Source of the DNA: Tubulanus polymorphus
Lineage: Eukaryota; Animalia; Nemertea
DNA length: 64,000 bases
Assembly (NCBI RefSeq): GCF_964204645.1
Contig: NC_134028.1
Location: 16,871,653 to 16,935,652 of the forward strand
Reading direction: 5' to 3'
Below, piece by piece: positions 14,758 through 26,719 of this stretch. Positions within the stretch are counted from its first letter, which is position 1; every line of letters starts with the position of its first letter. A program made the translations under genes and the position numbers. Below the pieces are notes generated by a model. That model searched no databases. It was not told where the DNA came from and saw only the letters and a program-made list of their open reading frames with translations.

Positions 14758-15022
14758 CAGGGGCGGATGCAGGGCCCTATCTCGAGGGGGTTCCGAATTG
14801 TATAAGGGCACTCACACTCTAATGGGCAGGGCACTTACTATGCCAAACCGCGGCAAAGGGGCACTTAACATCGAAGTGGTTTTCAGGGGCAGTTACTACG
14901 CCAAATCATGCCAAAACGAGGGAACTTTTACCTCAAATCCATTGATTAAAGGGGCATCTCCTTCTCCAAGGGGCGCAGACAAAGCTCGACGATATTCCAG
15001 GACCCCCCTTAATCCGCCCCTG
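14758..15022. mobile_element. hAT-like MITE
   Basis: TIR CAGGGGCGGAT / ATCCGCCCCTG, interior AGGGGCACT motifs; no clean TSD. Confidence 0.6.
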
Positions 15023-15358
15023 GCAGACTAAGCCTTGCGTTGTTTGCAGCGAGCCTATTAAGTGCTACTTTTTGGGAGAAGCTTGTAAGTACATGGTACC
15101 TTGAGATTTGTGCTTGCTTTTCACAAAAGTGCTACTGTTTGACTTGAAAGCCATCTGAAAATTGTTTGTCACAGTTTTTGGTGATATATACCGGTAATAT
15201 ACTAATTGTTGATTAATCAAAAACCAAGTACAGATCACTTTTCGACGATTAAAACGTCCTTGTGAGTGAATGGCGCTTGTTTCTCATCATTACTGCCCAT
15301 ATGATCAGAAATGAACTTTTGATATGATGTATCTCTACAGGCCATTGTTTCATCGGTC

Positions 15359-15858
15359 AGTAATAGGGAATAAGTTGTTTCATACCAAAGGTCGAAGGGT
15401 CGAGCTCATGAAAAATAAAAAATAAATTCTCGCAAACTCTAATTTATTTTTTTTTTTTACTCACTCGCCCCTTCAACCTTTGATATGAAACAACTTATTC
15501 CCTATTACTCTTAAAATATTCATATATATGAATAAAATATAAATGAATAACTTCTAAAATCAATTTTAATAAAAAATTTAGTATTAAAATGGAAGCAAAT
15601 AAGTACTACTGTCCAACATGTAATATCAATATAGATAAATCCCAAAAAGCAAGACACAATAAAACTAAAACACATTTAGAGAATAAATTGAAATTAGAAT
15701 ATGAAGATGATATATTAGAAACTAAATTAGATGAATTAAAGAATGAAAAAGAAACATACAAATGTGATACATGTAATCAATCATTCAGTGATAAAAGATA
15801 TTATAATGAACATTTAAAATCTAAAAGTCATATTAGAAATATGAATAATGATATTTTA
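15359..15858 (+). repeat. Left terminal inverted repeat, beginning with a 151-nt fold-back (15359-15509)
   Basis: 15404-15858 is the near-perfect reverse complement of 33254-33711; AGTAATAGGGAATAAGTTGTTTCATA pairs with TATGAAACAACTTATTCCCTATTACT. Confidence 0.95.
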
Positions 15859-15876
15859 AGGAATGAAAAAGGATGA
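15589..15876 (+). CDS. TIR-borne copy of the polB N-terminus (two C2H2-type zinc fingers)
   Basis: First 90 aa identical to ORF 32594..33523; CPTC..H..H and CDTC..H..H motifs. Confidence 0.8.
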   Translation: MEANKYYCPTCNINIDKSQKARHNKTKTHLENKLKLEYEDDILETKLDELKNEKETYKCDTCNQSFSDKRYYNEHLKSKSHIRNMNNDILRNEKG

Positions 15877-15943
15877 CGTTAGTCGAAGAAATGGAAGAGG
15901 ATTCTAAAATGTTAATCAATTTTAATAAAAATATATATTATAA

Positions 15944-16738
15944 ATGGAGGAACAATCACAAGCTATAAATATATAAACAATAATGGTGTAATAAATATAT
16001 GCTATAAGAAATGTAATAAGTGTGAATTGAATAAATCATTAACAACATAAAAGAACTAAAGATGGTAAAAGTTGTTATTGCAAAACTTGTAATAAACTAT
16101 ATAATAAACAATATCGAGCAAATAATCCAGAAAAATATAAAGAAAAAGATAAACAATGGAGAGAAAATAATCCAGAAAAGTGGAAAGTTTATAATAAACA
16201 ATGGAGAGAAAATCACCCAGAATATATGAGAGAATGGAGAGAGAATCACCCAGAATATATGAGAGAATGGAGGGAAAATAATAGAGAGAATATTAACAAT
16301 TATCAAAATGAAAAATATCAAACAGATCTAAATTTTAAAATGAAAAAATGTTTGATAAATAGATTAACACAATTATTCAGTAAAGACAGTCACTCATACA
16401 CACTATCTAATTTACTAGATTGTTCGGATGAATTCTTCAAATCATGGATAATATTTCAATTCGATGATAAAATGAATATAAATAATTATGGCAATTATTT
16501 TCATATTGATCATGTGTTGCCTATTTCTAAATTTGACATGAATGATGAATATGATAAAAAGTTAATTTGGAATTGGAAGAATTTTAGACCTTTAGAAAAG
16601 AAGGAAAATAAAATTAAATTTAATAAACTAGATTTACAGTTATATTTGGATCAATTAGATAAAGCAAAGAAATTCATTGAATTATGGAACAATGATCCAA
16701 ATAATGAACAATATGTTGAATCTTTATTGAGTGGTTGA
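15944..16738 (+). pseudogene. HNH-type endonuclease, copy 1 (frameshifted at its 5' end)
   Basis: HIDHVLPISKF...NWKNFRPLEKKENKIKFNK motif; N-terminal CNKC; EWRENHPEYMR-type repeats; paralog of 28917..29765. Confidence 0.75.
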
Positions 16739-16962
16739 AGAATAATAGAATTTAAATAAAATATTATAAAAATACATACCTTCAACTATCTATTATTTCT
16801 ATTTTAATTTTTAATATTTTCTTTTCAAAAAAGAATACTTTATATCACAAATAAAAAATACTAAAAAAACGATAACTAATACTAAAATTCTTTAGCTTTA
16901 ACTAGCTAGTATCATTTGAAGAATACTTATAATATTTTTCTTATTAAATTTCTCTAATATAA

Positions 16963-17577
16963 ATGTCAAAGAAATCTAATAAGAATAGTATTGATATTGA
17001 AAAAACATTAGATGATTTGGGAATTAGTGATAATAAGGATATTCCGGCCAAAATTGAAAATAATATTCAAGTTAATTGTAATATAGATTATGAATACTAT
17101 TTATATTGTAAGCATCATCTAGAACTATTGATTGCCGGTGGAAAAACTAAGGAGTTTTTAAATAGAATCATTACTTTTCAAGAATTAGATGTTATGAAAC
17201 CAGATAAAGTAATAAAATATTTTAAGATTTTTGAAGAAGGAAGATTAGCTAGAATAAATGATTCTATTTCAGATGGCATTGTCAAATGTTATTCTAAGTT
17301 ATGTAACCAGTTAATACCAATTGATGATGAAAATAAATTATATAGTGATTTGAAAAATGACTACTTAGTTATGACTGAATTACAAAAATGGGTTGGTTAT
17401 GCTTCATTTCAATTAGGATCGGTTATGACATTAATTTCTACTGGTGTCATAACATTTTCGAACATCAAACCTATGGAATATAAATCAGGTAAGAACGAAA
17501 CAGATGACGCTGTACTACAACCAAACGTCGAAACAGAAAATGAATCAGAACAAAAATTAACTAAAATAAATGAGTGA
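16963..17577 (+). CDS. Maverick-associated hypothetical protein
   Basis: Intact 204-aa ORF with TAAATG start inside the viral gene block. Confidence 0.7.
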   Translation: MSKKSNKNSIDIEKTLDDLGISDNKDIPAKIENNIQVNCNIDYEYYLYCKHHLELLIAGGKTKEFLNRIITFQELDVMKPDKVIKYFKIFEEGRLARINDSISDGIVKCYSKLCNQLIPIDDENKLYSDLKNDYLVMTELQKWVGYASFQLGSVMTLISTGVITFSNIKPMEYKSGKNETDDAVLQPNVETENESEQKLTKINE

Positions 17578-17908
17578 TGGAGTTAAGAAAAAGCCTAGAT
17601 CTGAAAAACAAATTAAATGGGCAAGAGAATTAGGTAAAAGATCTTCAGAATTAAAAAAAGCTAAGAAAAAGAAATTAACTGATATAAATGAATCACCTGA
17701 TATTGATTCAAATAATAATCCATCTAATTCTTCTAATGCTGGAAGTAATTATAAATTATATATTACAATTGGATTAGTAACAGTTATTATATTGTCCGGT
17801 GTAATATATAAATCAAAATTCAAATCTGATGATAAAGATGATTCCAATGACAATAAACCTATCATACCAGAAAATAAGTCAAATCAAGTCATTGAAACTA
17901 AATCTTAA
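17570..17908 (+). CDS. Small basic protein with one predicted transmembrane helix
   Basis: Lys-rich N-terminus; hydrophobic LYITIGLVTVIILSGVIY; overlaps the upstream stop. Confidence 0.7.
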   Translation: MSDGVKKKPRSEKQIKWARELGKRSSELKKAKKKKLTDINESPDIDSNNNPSNSSNAGSNYKLYITIGLVTVIILSGVIYKSKFKSDDKDDSNDNKPIIPENKSNQVIETKS

Positions 17909-17933
17909 ATTATTATTAATGGATTAAAATAAG

Positions 17934-19024
17934 ATGAAAAAAGAACAATATTTAAGAGATTTATATTATAACCCAGAAAGTGAAGTATCATATTCTAACG
18001 TTTCAGAATTATGGGGTAAAATTAAATCTGATAAAGAAAATGGTAATATAAAATATAGTGAATTAAGATCATGGTTACAAAATCAACCAACATATCAAAT
18101 TCACAAGAAAATGGATAAAACTTATTTAACAAGAAAAGTTATGGTTTCATATATCGATCAACAATGGCAAGCAGATTTAATTGACATGAAGAACTTAGAA
18201 GAACACAACAAAGGATATTTCTGGATATTAAATGTTATAGACATATTCAGTAGATACGCATGGTCAATTCCAATCAAAAATAAAACTGGAATAGAAGTGA
18301 CAAATGCTTTTAAATCTATATTTAAAGAAGCTATTCCAGATAAGATACAATTTGATGAAGGTAAGGAATTCTATAACAAACATTTTTAAAAACTATTATC
18401 TGATAACGATGTAGAATATTTTTCAACACACTCAGATAAAAAAGCATCTATTATAGAAAGATTTAATAAAACATTGAAAACTAGAATGTGGAAATATTTT
18501 ACTGCTAATGAAATATATAAATATATCGATGAGTCTATAAATATATTAGATGATTTAGTGAAAGGTTATAATAATTCTAAACATAGTTCTATAAATATGA
18601 AACCAATACAAGCTAGAAAAGAAGATAATTCAGAAATAGTTTGGAATAATTTGTATGGTGTGTTTGTTACACATGATTTTGGAGAACCTAAATTTAAAAT
18701 TGCACATCTAAATATAGAAATACCTTTTATAAAGGTTATACCCCAAATTTTACTGAAGAAATATTTAAAATTAAAAAGATAATATTAACTAAACCATTTG
18801 TTTATAAATTAGAAGATCTAAAAGATGAAGAAATATTAGGTTATTTCTATGAACAAGAATTATCACTTGTACCAAATCCAGATGAAATAGAATACAAAAT
18901 AGAAAAAGTATTGAAAACAAAAACTCTAAAAGGAAAAAAGTATTCTTTAGTGAAATATAAAGGGTATGATGATAAATTTAATGAATGGATTTTATCTAGT
19001 AAAATTAAAAGAATAAATGAATAA
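17934..19024 (+). pseudogene. Retroviral-like (rve) integrase with C-terminal chromodomain
   Basis: WQADLIDM, VIDIFSRYAW, QFDEGKEF, IIERFNKTLKTRMW motifs; IEKVLK...LVKYKGYDDKFNEWI chromodomain; in-frame TAA at 18387-18389 and frameshift near 18700. Confidence 0.95.
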
Positions 19025-19627
19025 AGATTTATTTATATTTGGACCGCATAATATGTTAGTTACTGGAGTAACCAACTGTGGTAAAACACATTTCATATTA
19101 GACTTGTTAGAAACTATTTATAAGAATCATTTTGATAATATAATATTATTCTGTCCTACTTATGAAATGAATAAAACATATAATAGAGATATAGTTAAGA
19201 TGAAAAAGTTTATTATATTAGACCCTAAAACAGTAAAAGAAAATTTAGATAATTGTATAAAATAGCAATTGATACTTATAAAGAATCAAATACATTATTC
19301 ATTATAGATGATTGCGCAAATTTACATGATTCAAAAGTGAGAGAAAGTGAGTTATGTCATCTAGCTTTCTCTGGAAGACATTTCGGGATAACAACATGGG
19401 TTTTAAATCAAAAATATTATTCAATTGTTAAAGACTTTAGGGAGAATATAAGATTTCTAGTTTTATTTTATAACAAAGATAAAAAATCTATGCAACAATC
19501 ATTGGAAGAAAATCAAATTATACCAACTGAATAACATGATGAATATATGAATAAATTAAAGAATAATAAAGGTTCAAAATTATTACTGAGACTACAATTT
19601 CCCTATGAATATAAGTTTATAAAATAA
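19017..19627 (+). pseudogene. A32/FtsK-HerA-family DNA packaging ATPase
   Basis: Walker A GVTNCGKT, Walker B LFIIDD, SGRHFGITTWVLNQ; frameshift near 19260 and premature TAA at 19532-19534. Confidence 0.92.
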
Positions 19628-19993
19628 CTATTTGTATATCTATGTATTAGATACCCTATTAGATACCCTAATACCTGATACCCCCATTAGATACCCTAAT
19701 ACCTGATACCCTATTAGATACCTTAAATACTTAAAACCCCCTTTTTTGAAATAAATATTATTTATACAATTTTCAACCAATTTATTTTTATTTTTTCAAC
19801 AAATATATGAATAAGTTTGAAAATAATAAAGGTTATTTATTATTACTGAGGTTTCAATTTCCATATGAATATAAGTTTATAAAATAAGATATTTTATGTA
19901 TTAGATTGTATTAGATATGTATTAGATACCTTAAATACCTTAAATACTTAAAACCCCCTTTTTATGTACTATTATTTTATACAATTTTCAACC
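19542..19993. repeat. Diverged tandem duplication of the ATPase 3' end plus intergenic DNA with ATTAGATACCYT repeats
   Basis: 19542-19778 resembles 19802-19993; lies at the convergence of the two gene blocks. Confidence 0.85.
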
Positions 19994-20000
19994 TTTATTA

Positions 20001-20888
20001 TTATTTGATTGTTAGATAATTAATTTCTGAATCACTTTCATCATCACTCTCCAATTCATTATCAGGCCCTAACAATTTATTCAAATTCTCTACCGAATTT
20101 TCTTCTTCAAATTCTCTATTATTTTTATACTTATTTTTCACCTTTTTTACCGAATCATCAATAGTTGTTTCATTGTTATGCTTATTCATCCAATCAAATT
20201 TATCATTATTTTCTACTTTATGTTTCATAGAATCTTTATTAGTGTTTGCTCCTAATATTTCATTTACAGTGTTTGATCCTAATATTTCATTAGCATCGGT
20301 TAAATCTAATTCATCTTTATTAGGTGTTGCTAATAAAAAATCTTCATATAATTCTTTACCATTTACTTTTTTATTTGAAACAAATTTTGTAACATATCTA
20401 AATGGGTGTTCTATAAATTCTTTTAAACCAACACGATCTATTACATTATTTATATGTACCCTTGTATTCATATGTTTATTCCAATTTGATGGAGCGTTTG
20501 AAAATTCACCTTTACAATAATCACAATAATTTCTATTTTCACTAACATTTAATATTATTGCATTATTAGATGTAGAAGGTATAACATTATTAGATGTAGA
20601 AGGTATTACATTATTAGATGTAGTAGGTATTACATTATTAGATGTAGTAGGTATTACATTATTAGATGTAGTAGGTATTACATTATTAGATGTAGTAGGT
20701 ATTACATTACTTAAATTATCAACAACACTACTTTTATTATTATCGATTTCTATAAGTTTAGTTTTATAAATTTTGAAAATAGGATCAAATATCAAAGCTA
20801 TATTACAAGGTATAACATAATACAAACCATCATTATTTTCATGTGTATCGATGTATGGAATATGTTTATATACTTTACCTCCTTCCAT
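20001..20888 (-). CDS. Hypothetical protein with 8-aa repeats (NNVIPTTS, ~6 copies) and a C2H2 zinc finger
   Basis: Intact 295-aa ORF; 24-bp repeat ~20561-20710; CDYC...HMNTRVH; acidic tail. Confidence 0.75.
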   Translation of the reverse strand: MEGGKVYKHIPYIDTHENNDGLYYVIPCNIALIFDPIFKIYKTKLIEIDNNKSSVVDNLSNVIPTTSNNVIPTTSNNVIPTTSNNVIPTTSNNVIPSTSNNVIPSTSNNAIILNVSENRNYCDYCKGEFSNAPSNWNKHMNTRVHINNVIDRVGLKEFIEHPFRYVTKFVSNKKVNGKELYEDFLLATPNKDELDLTDANEILGSNTVNEILGANTNKDSMKHKVENNDKFDWMNKHNNETTIDDSVKKVKNKYKNNREFEEENSVENLNKLLGPDNELESDDESDSEINYLTIK

Positions 20889-20920
20889 TTATTATATATA
20901 TTTTTATTAAAGTTAAAATT

Positions 20921-22168
20921 TTAATACATAACACTATCTAATTGAGAATTTACAATATTTAATTGCGCGTCAGATATAATATAAATGTGCATTTTAAAAT
21001 TTTTGATTCCTTTATTCTTTGTCATGAATAATTGTATTCAATCTTTAGTGTTTTGTAATTTTTTTCCAGAACCATGTAATGAATTATCCTCTGTTGTTCT
21101 AAAATCTAACCATAATGCATATTTATTGCCGGTATAATAATCAATTTGATTAATGTTACAATTTTCAGATGATTTCACTTTTTCATTCATAAAATGTTTT
21201 CTAATTTCTGGCCATTGATCAATCATTCTCATTCCTTGACAAAATATTTTATTTGCTATTCCTTCGATAGTTATTTCTACTTTTGTTATTTCAGGATTAT
21301 AATAATTATCAACATTTATTGCACCATTAGTATATGTTGCAATGGTAAAAAATATTAATATACCTTTAATAGATCTTCTTGGGAAGTTAATATTCTCATT
21401 AATAATTTCATCATTTGCATTAATAGTTACGGTTTTAAATTTATCAATATAATCATATAATAATGAAAATCCTTGATTGTATTTAGTTTGAATTATACTT
21501 GAAATATTTTCATCAGTAACTGTATCATATTCTAAACATATATTCGATAATTTATAACTTATATCTTTATTAACGCTAGATATTACAATTTCATTTACAG
21601 GAGCAAATGTTATCTCAAATATAATGTCTTCTTGAATTGCGTATTTATATAAAGGTGCATTGTTATTTATCAATTCAAAGTCTAATGGAATTTTATATTT
21701 GCTTCCATATATACTTTTTATCAATTTATCTACAGCATTAGTTAATATTGCGCTATTAGCTTCTGATCTTTATTTGTTTTGGTTTTCTGATTGGATTCCT
21801 TGAAATATCATATTATTTCTATTTTCTTTAGTTAACCATAAATCTTTATAATGCATAAATAAATTATAATCATCTAATGAGAAAACTGTTTCTGGACCAA
21901 TCTTTATTGTTAGTTTTTTAATCAAATACCTCCCAACATTATCGACAACATAATTATTATTATTACCGATTACTTTTATATCGGCTGATGAATAAATACT
22001 ATTTGGAACATAAAAAGTATTTTGTGTTAATCTAGGAATTCTAACATATAAAGTTTCATCGGGATTAATATTTGAAGGATTATGTGTAATTATATGATGT
22101 GATCTTTCTGCTTAAATAGCATTAGATATTCTAGAAATCTTAGAAGGACTTATATAACTCCCACTCAT
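20921..22168 (-). pseudogene. Major capsid protein (predicted double jelly-roll)
   Basis: MSGSYISP...ITHNPSNINPDETLYVRIP...YGSKYKIPLDFE...NICLEYDTV...KYALWLDFRTTEDNSLHGSG...ISDAQLNI resembles invertebrate Maverick MCPs; stops near 22112 and 21038, frameshift near 21770. Confidence 0.8.
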
Positions 22169-22192
22169 TTATTTAACAAAAAAATTATTTAT

Positions 22193-24845
22193 TTATTTTT
22201 TATTATTTTTTTCTTGATATCTTTCTGATATCATATTCACTAACCCAAAAATAATAGCACTTACAACTGTAATTAAAAATAAAATAATATGTTCAGCAGC
22301 AAAGTTAATAATGTATCCTGCAGATTTCAATATAAAACCAACAATGGATGCAATAACTCCTGGCAATGCTGCAGCAGATTTCTTTGATAGTTCCCATAAA
22401 TATTTTGCTAATTTCTTTAAACCATCCTTAACTTTATCTTGTATTGAATTATTATCTGGGGGTTTATCTGGTTTATTGGGAGTAGGAGTAGATTTCAAAG
22501 CATTTGATATTGCTAAACCTATTGTTGTAAATACCATAGTTACAGCTGTTAGAATTGAAAGAATTGTTATTCCTTCAAACTTAAATAATAATTTTATTCT
22601 ATCTTTCAATGATATTTTAGAATTTGGTTTTATTAGATATCTTCTAAAAACATCTTTTAATCTATCAATATTATAATCATATGATTTTAATAATAATTTA
22701 ATTTCTTCTTTTTGTAATTCTATGTTATATTCAAAATCATCTTTTTCTTTTTCTAAATATGCATTTCTTTTTCTAAATTCATTTTCATCAATTGCTTTAC
22801 GATCAAGATCAGACTTTAGTTGTTCTATTTCTTCATTTTTATCAGTTAATTCTTTTTCTAAAGTTCTAATTTTAAAATCTCTTATACTTTTATCATGCAT
22901 AATTTTATCAGATGCAAGTCTTATACTAATAATTTCTCTTATTGCTTTATTAGAAAATATATCTAAATCTTCTAATTGTTGATCTGTTGCATCAAGTAAT
23001 CCCTTCGGTAAAAGTTTTTCAGTTTGAACTTCTCTTGAATTAGGTCTACTAGTTTTGGAAGTTATATTCTGTTCAGAAGTTGTTTCTGGTTCTAAATAAT
23101 TATCGATTGTTTCAAAAAATTTATTGATTCTTTGTTTAAATACTCTTTCATTTTTTGACGCCTTATAAAACGTTACCATTATGAAACCTAAACAATGTTA
23201 ACCATTCAGCGTCATTTTACAAACGACAGCCGTAAATCGATGTGCAAAACGTCACAGGTCTATGTGTACACAAACAAGCTATCTGGCAAAATATTATTGA
23301 CATAGATGTAGAATGGCTTCCTGTGATTATATAATGACCTATATTTGAACGTCGAAATGTTATATTGCATTGAATATCATTAGAAGACGTATTGTAATAG
23401 TAAAGGATGTATGATTATATCAGAAGCGGCAGGCATAAATAGAAATGATAAGTAAATCGGATTATTCGGTTAAATGGCGGATGTATACTCGATTTGGAAG
23501 TCTGATATAAAAGTCAGACCCTGACGTGGGCATGCCGGTGGAATGACGAAGCTATCTACGATGTGTGTAGGGCCGGCGTGAATTTCATCAGCGGCTAAAA
23601 GCGGTCAATATGAAAATGTGTAAACATATAATTTCAATATTCAAACGTTTTAGAAAATATGTTTGATATTAGGAGTATGCAGGTTTCGTGAGATTAGCAA
23701 TTTATAATAGCATAGCTATCCATATACGGCTCCGCGTCCTCTGATGGCATGTGTATTAGGTGACAATTCAATTCAATTCTTTATTGATCCTTATTACATT
23801 GAAATTTCGGGATAAAATTCCCAAATTCAATAAATACAAATTTTAAAATAAATTAATACAACATACATGACACACGGGTAATTCATACAGAACAACATAA
23901 GCATGTTATTTTAAATGACAATGTCTACTTCAACCCACCCAGACTCAAGACTCTAGGATATCGAGTGACAGCCAAACCCGTGGCCCGGGCCGGCTGGCTA
24001 GCCACACGATATGCTCGAAGTCATGATGAAGCAGACATCAGAAGAGCTCGTTCTTCAACCATGGAGGCAATGAAGTTGCAGACCAGCTTAGAGGCATAAG
24101 TAAATGAAGTCGGTCGCAAGTTCGCGATCAATTATTGAGAATTTTCAATAAAAAAATTTAAACCACTACTAGAGTCGAAGACCCGCTGTATCATCTACCC
24201 AATCGCCAAATCTCATCATTCCCCAAATTTCTTAAAACTTCGATTTCAAATTTGCAATTCCACATTAGCTTAGCCCAGAAATTATACAATTTTTTCGCAG
24301 GCGTCAAATAATTTTCTAAAATTAATTTTCTTGTTAATAATTTCTTCTTGTGTTACATCTTCTGGTTCATTACTATTTCTTATTCTCTTAATTCTATCTG
24401 GTTTTAAATTAAGCAAAGTTGATTCTGCTAATATTTTGTTTTGTTTTTTATGAGAGATATCAATATAATAATCATCTTTCAAACGATAATAATATTCACC
24501 ATCTAAAAACTTTAAGTCTTGTACTAAAAGTCTGGCGCCTCTGGCATTTATATTATATCCAGATTTTTCAAATATAGGTTTAAAATTATAGATATATTCA
24601 TTATATTCTAAATTTTTCTTTTCTAAACCTTGATTTTCATTTTCAGGATTTATTTTCGATCTAGTTCTTCTATCAAATTCATCTGTTGATTGGCCTTTAG
24701 AACCACTATCTGCTAAATTAGAATTATATGCTGATTCATTACCATCATCAATATTAGTTTCTGCATCATCATAATCATCATCAATATATCCCTCATTATT
24801 ATTTCCCATGTCATCCAATGGAATATCTTCTCCACCTTCTGCCAT
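22193..24845 (-). pseudogene. Coiled-coil membrane protein split by a transposon insertion
   Basis: Removing 23156-24305 joins ...FRKLF to KNERVFKQ... in frame; acidic MAEGG N-terminus, coiled coil, C-terminal hydrophobic helices. Confidence 0.8.
23156..24305. mobile_element. 1.15-kb non-autonomous DNA transposon nested in the virus
   Basis: GC content higher than flanks; imperfect TIR GACGCCTnnnAAAA at both ends; inserted at TTT|AAA; no ORF. Confidence 0.8.
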
Positions 24846-24861
24846 TTACATTATAAAAAAA

Positions 24862-26248
24862 TTAAAATTTAAAATATAATATTCCTCCGATTACAATTCC
24901 TATACAAGTTATAGCTAATTTAGCATTTTCATGGGATTTATTATCATCATTTAGTTTAATTATATCATGTTGAATATTATCAGTTCTAATATTTTCTGAT
25001 GTATTGTAATCTTTTATTTTAGAATCATTATTTAATTTAATATTCTTAGTTTTAGTTTCTGTTGATTGAATATGTTTTTTATTTTTTTCACCTTCCATTA
25101 ATTTTGGAGCAGTAATTATCTTTATTTATATCATTCAATCCAAATGAATTATTTATTGTTGCAGTTTTAATTAGATTATTATAACCAATTATATTTCCCA
25201 TCTTTAATACTAAATCATTAGAAATAATAAATAGATTAGGGCCTACACAATAATTTAATCTAATATGTGATTTATCTAAATAATTTTGATATCTTACAAT
25301 GTTTTCTGGAATCGATCTATTTTTATCATTATGAATAGAATCTTCAAATAATACTTTGAATTGTTTCTGTGTATCAAATGATGTATTTAAATTTCCAATT
25401 ATTGGGGATCTTGTTTCAACTTGCGCGCCTAAAATACATATCAAATAAGTTCTAATAGATTGATATATTCTTTGTATACCTGATTTTGTAAAACCTTCAT
25501 TATTTTCTAAAATGAAATAAACCCAACCATTATTGTTTTCTTGTTTTAAATTATCATAAAATGTCGGTAATTTATTGAAATTTAATGTTTCTAAATCCTT
25601 AGTTTCTATTTTACCATAACCTAATTTATTACTATAGATATTATACAAACTATAAGATGGTATGGGAAGTGCACAATATTCTGCAATCTTTTTAGGGCAA
25701 AGAAGTGATCTTATTGTTCCAATTTTTGTTCTAAAATCAGAATTATTTATATCTATATTAAATTCATTAAAAATTTTATAAAACTTTGATAAATTAATAT
25801 TATTATCTAATTCTTTAAAATACCTAGATCCTGGTAAAGTGCACTCTAATTCATTTAATATATTTCTGATTTGAAAGTATGTATGAAATCTAAATAAACT
25901 TTGAATTAATTTATATTTAAAATTATTCAAATGATCATTCCAACTAATTCCACATCCTGTTGTTGCACAATAAACAGCAAAATTTAATTGGTTCTGCCAA
26001 TACTTCATATTAGATTTTAATAACCATTGTTTTTCATCTTTCAATTTTTTAAAATCAATTAAATATACATGAAATATATTTTCCATCTTTGCATTAAAAT
26101 TATTAGTTTCAGTAACATAAATTTCTAAATTAGTTAATGAATCTAAAACTTCATTTCTATATGTGATATCTTTATTAAAATCTATTGCTGGAATATTATA
26201 TTTAATTGATTTTATATATTGGAAAGCTTTTGGAAAACTATCTTCCAT
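24862..26248 (-). pseudogene. Conserved Maverick-associated protein with C-terminal TM helix (probably one frameshifted gene)
   Basis: YWQNQLNFAVYCATTGCGISW motif; ORFs 25088..26248 and 24862..25098 overlap by 11 nt in different frames; ends AITCIGIVIGGILYF. Confidence 0.7.
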
Positions 26249-26366
26249 TTATATAATTAAAAAATTAATAATTAACTAATTATTTTAATAATTTATCTTG
26301 TTCTTCAACTGTTATATGGCCATTTAAACTTATTATATAATCTAGTGTATTTTTTAATTTATTAAT

Positions 26367-26699
26367 TTATTTTATATTAGTTATAATTTTTTCTTTATTA
26401 CTTTTTATATTTAATTTTGAACTTATACCGGTTAATACACTTGATGATAATCCTAACACACCAATTGATATAGCTAAAGGTGTTAATGGACTGAATATTG
26501 CTAGAAATGTTATTACAGAACTAATTGTAACCGAACCACTAATAATAAGATAATATATAATTTTACTTTTTAAATATTTTTTCTTTTTTATCTTTAAGTC
26601 ATTTTCAAATTCTAATATTTGTTTTTCTAAATATATTTTTAATTTAGTTTTATTTATATCATGAGGAATAATATCAATATTATCAACTTTATCTTCCAT
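26367..26699 (-). CDS. Small two-TM membrane protein (probably truncated by a premature stop)
   Basis: Two hydrophobic segments; frame continues past the TAA toward ~26270. Confidence 0.65.
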   Translation of the reverse strand: MEDKVDNIDIIPHDINKTKLKIYLEKQILEFENDLKIKKKKYLKSKIIYYLIISGSVTISSVITFLAIFSPLTPLAISIGVLGLSSSVLTGISSKLNIKSNKEKIITNIK

Positions 26700-26719
26700 T
26701 TATTTAGCAAAAAAAATTA

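Noticed and set aside
19647-19730. Link between viral ATTAGATACCC iterons and the host minisatellite GATACCCGCATTAG
   Set aside because: Only about 7 shared bases, with different period and composition; likely chance
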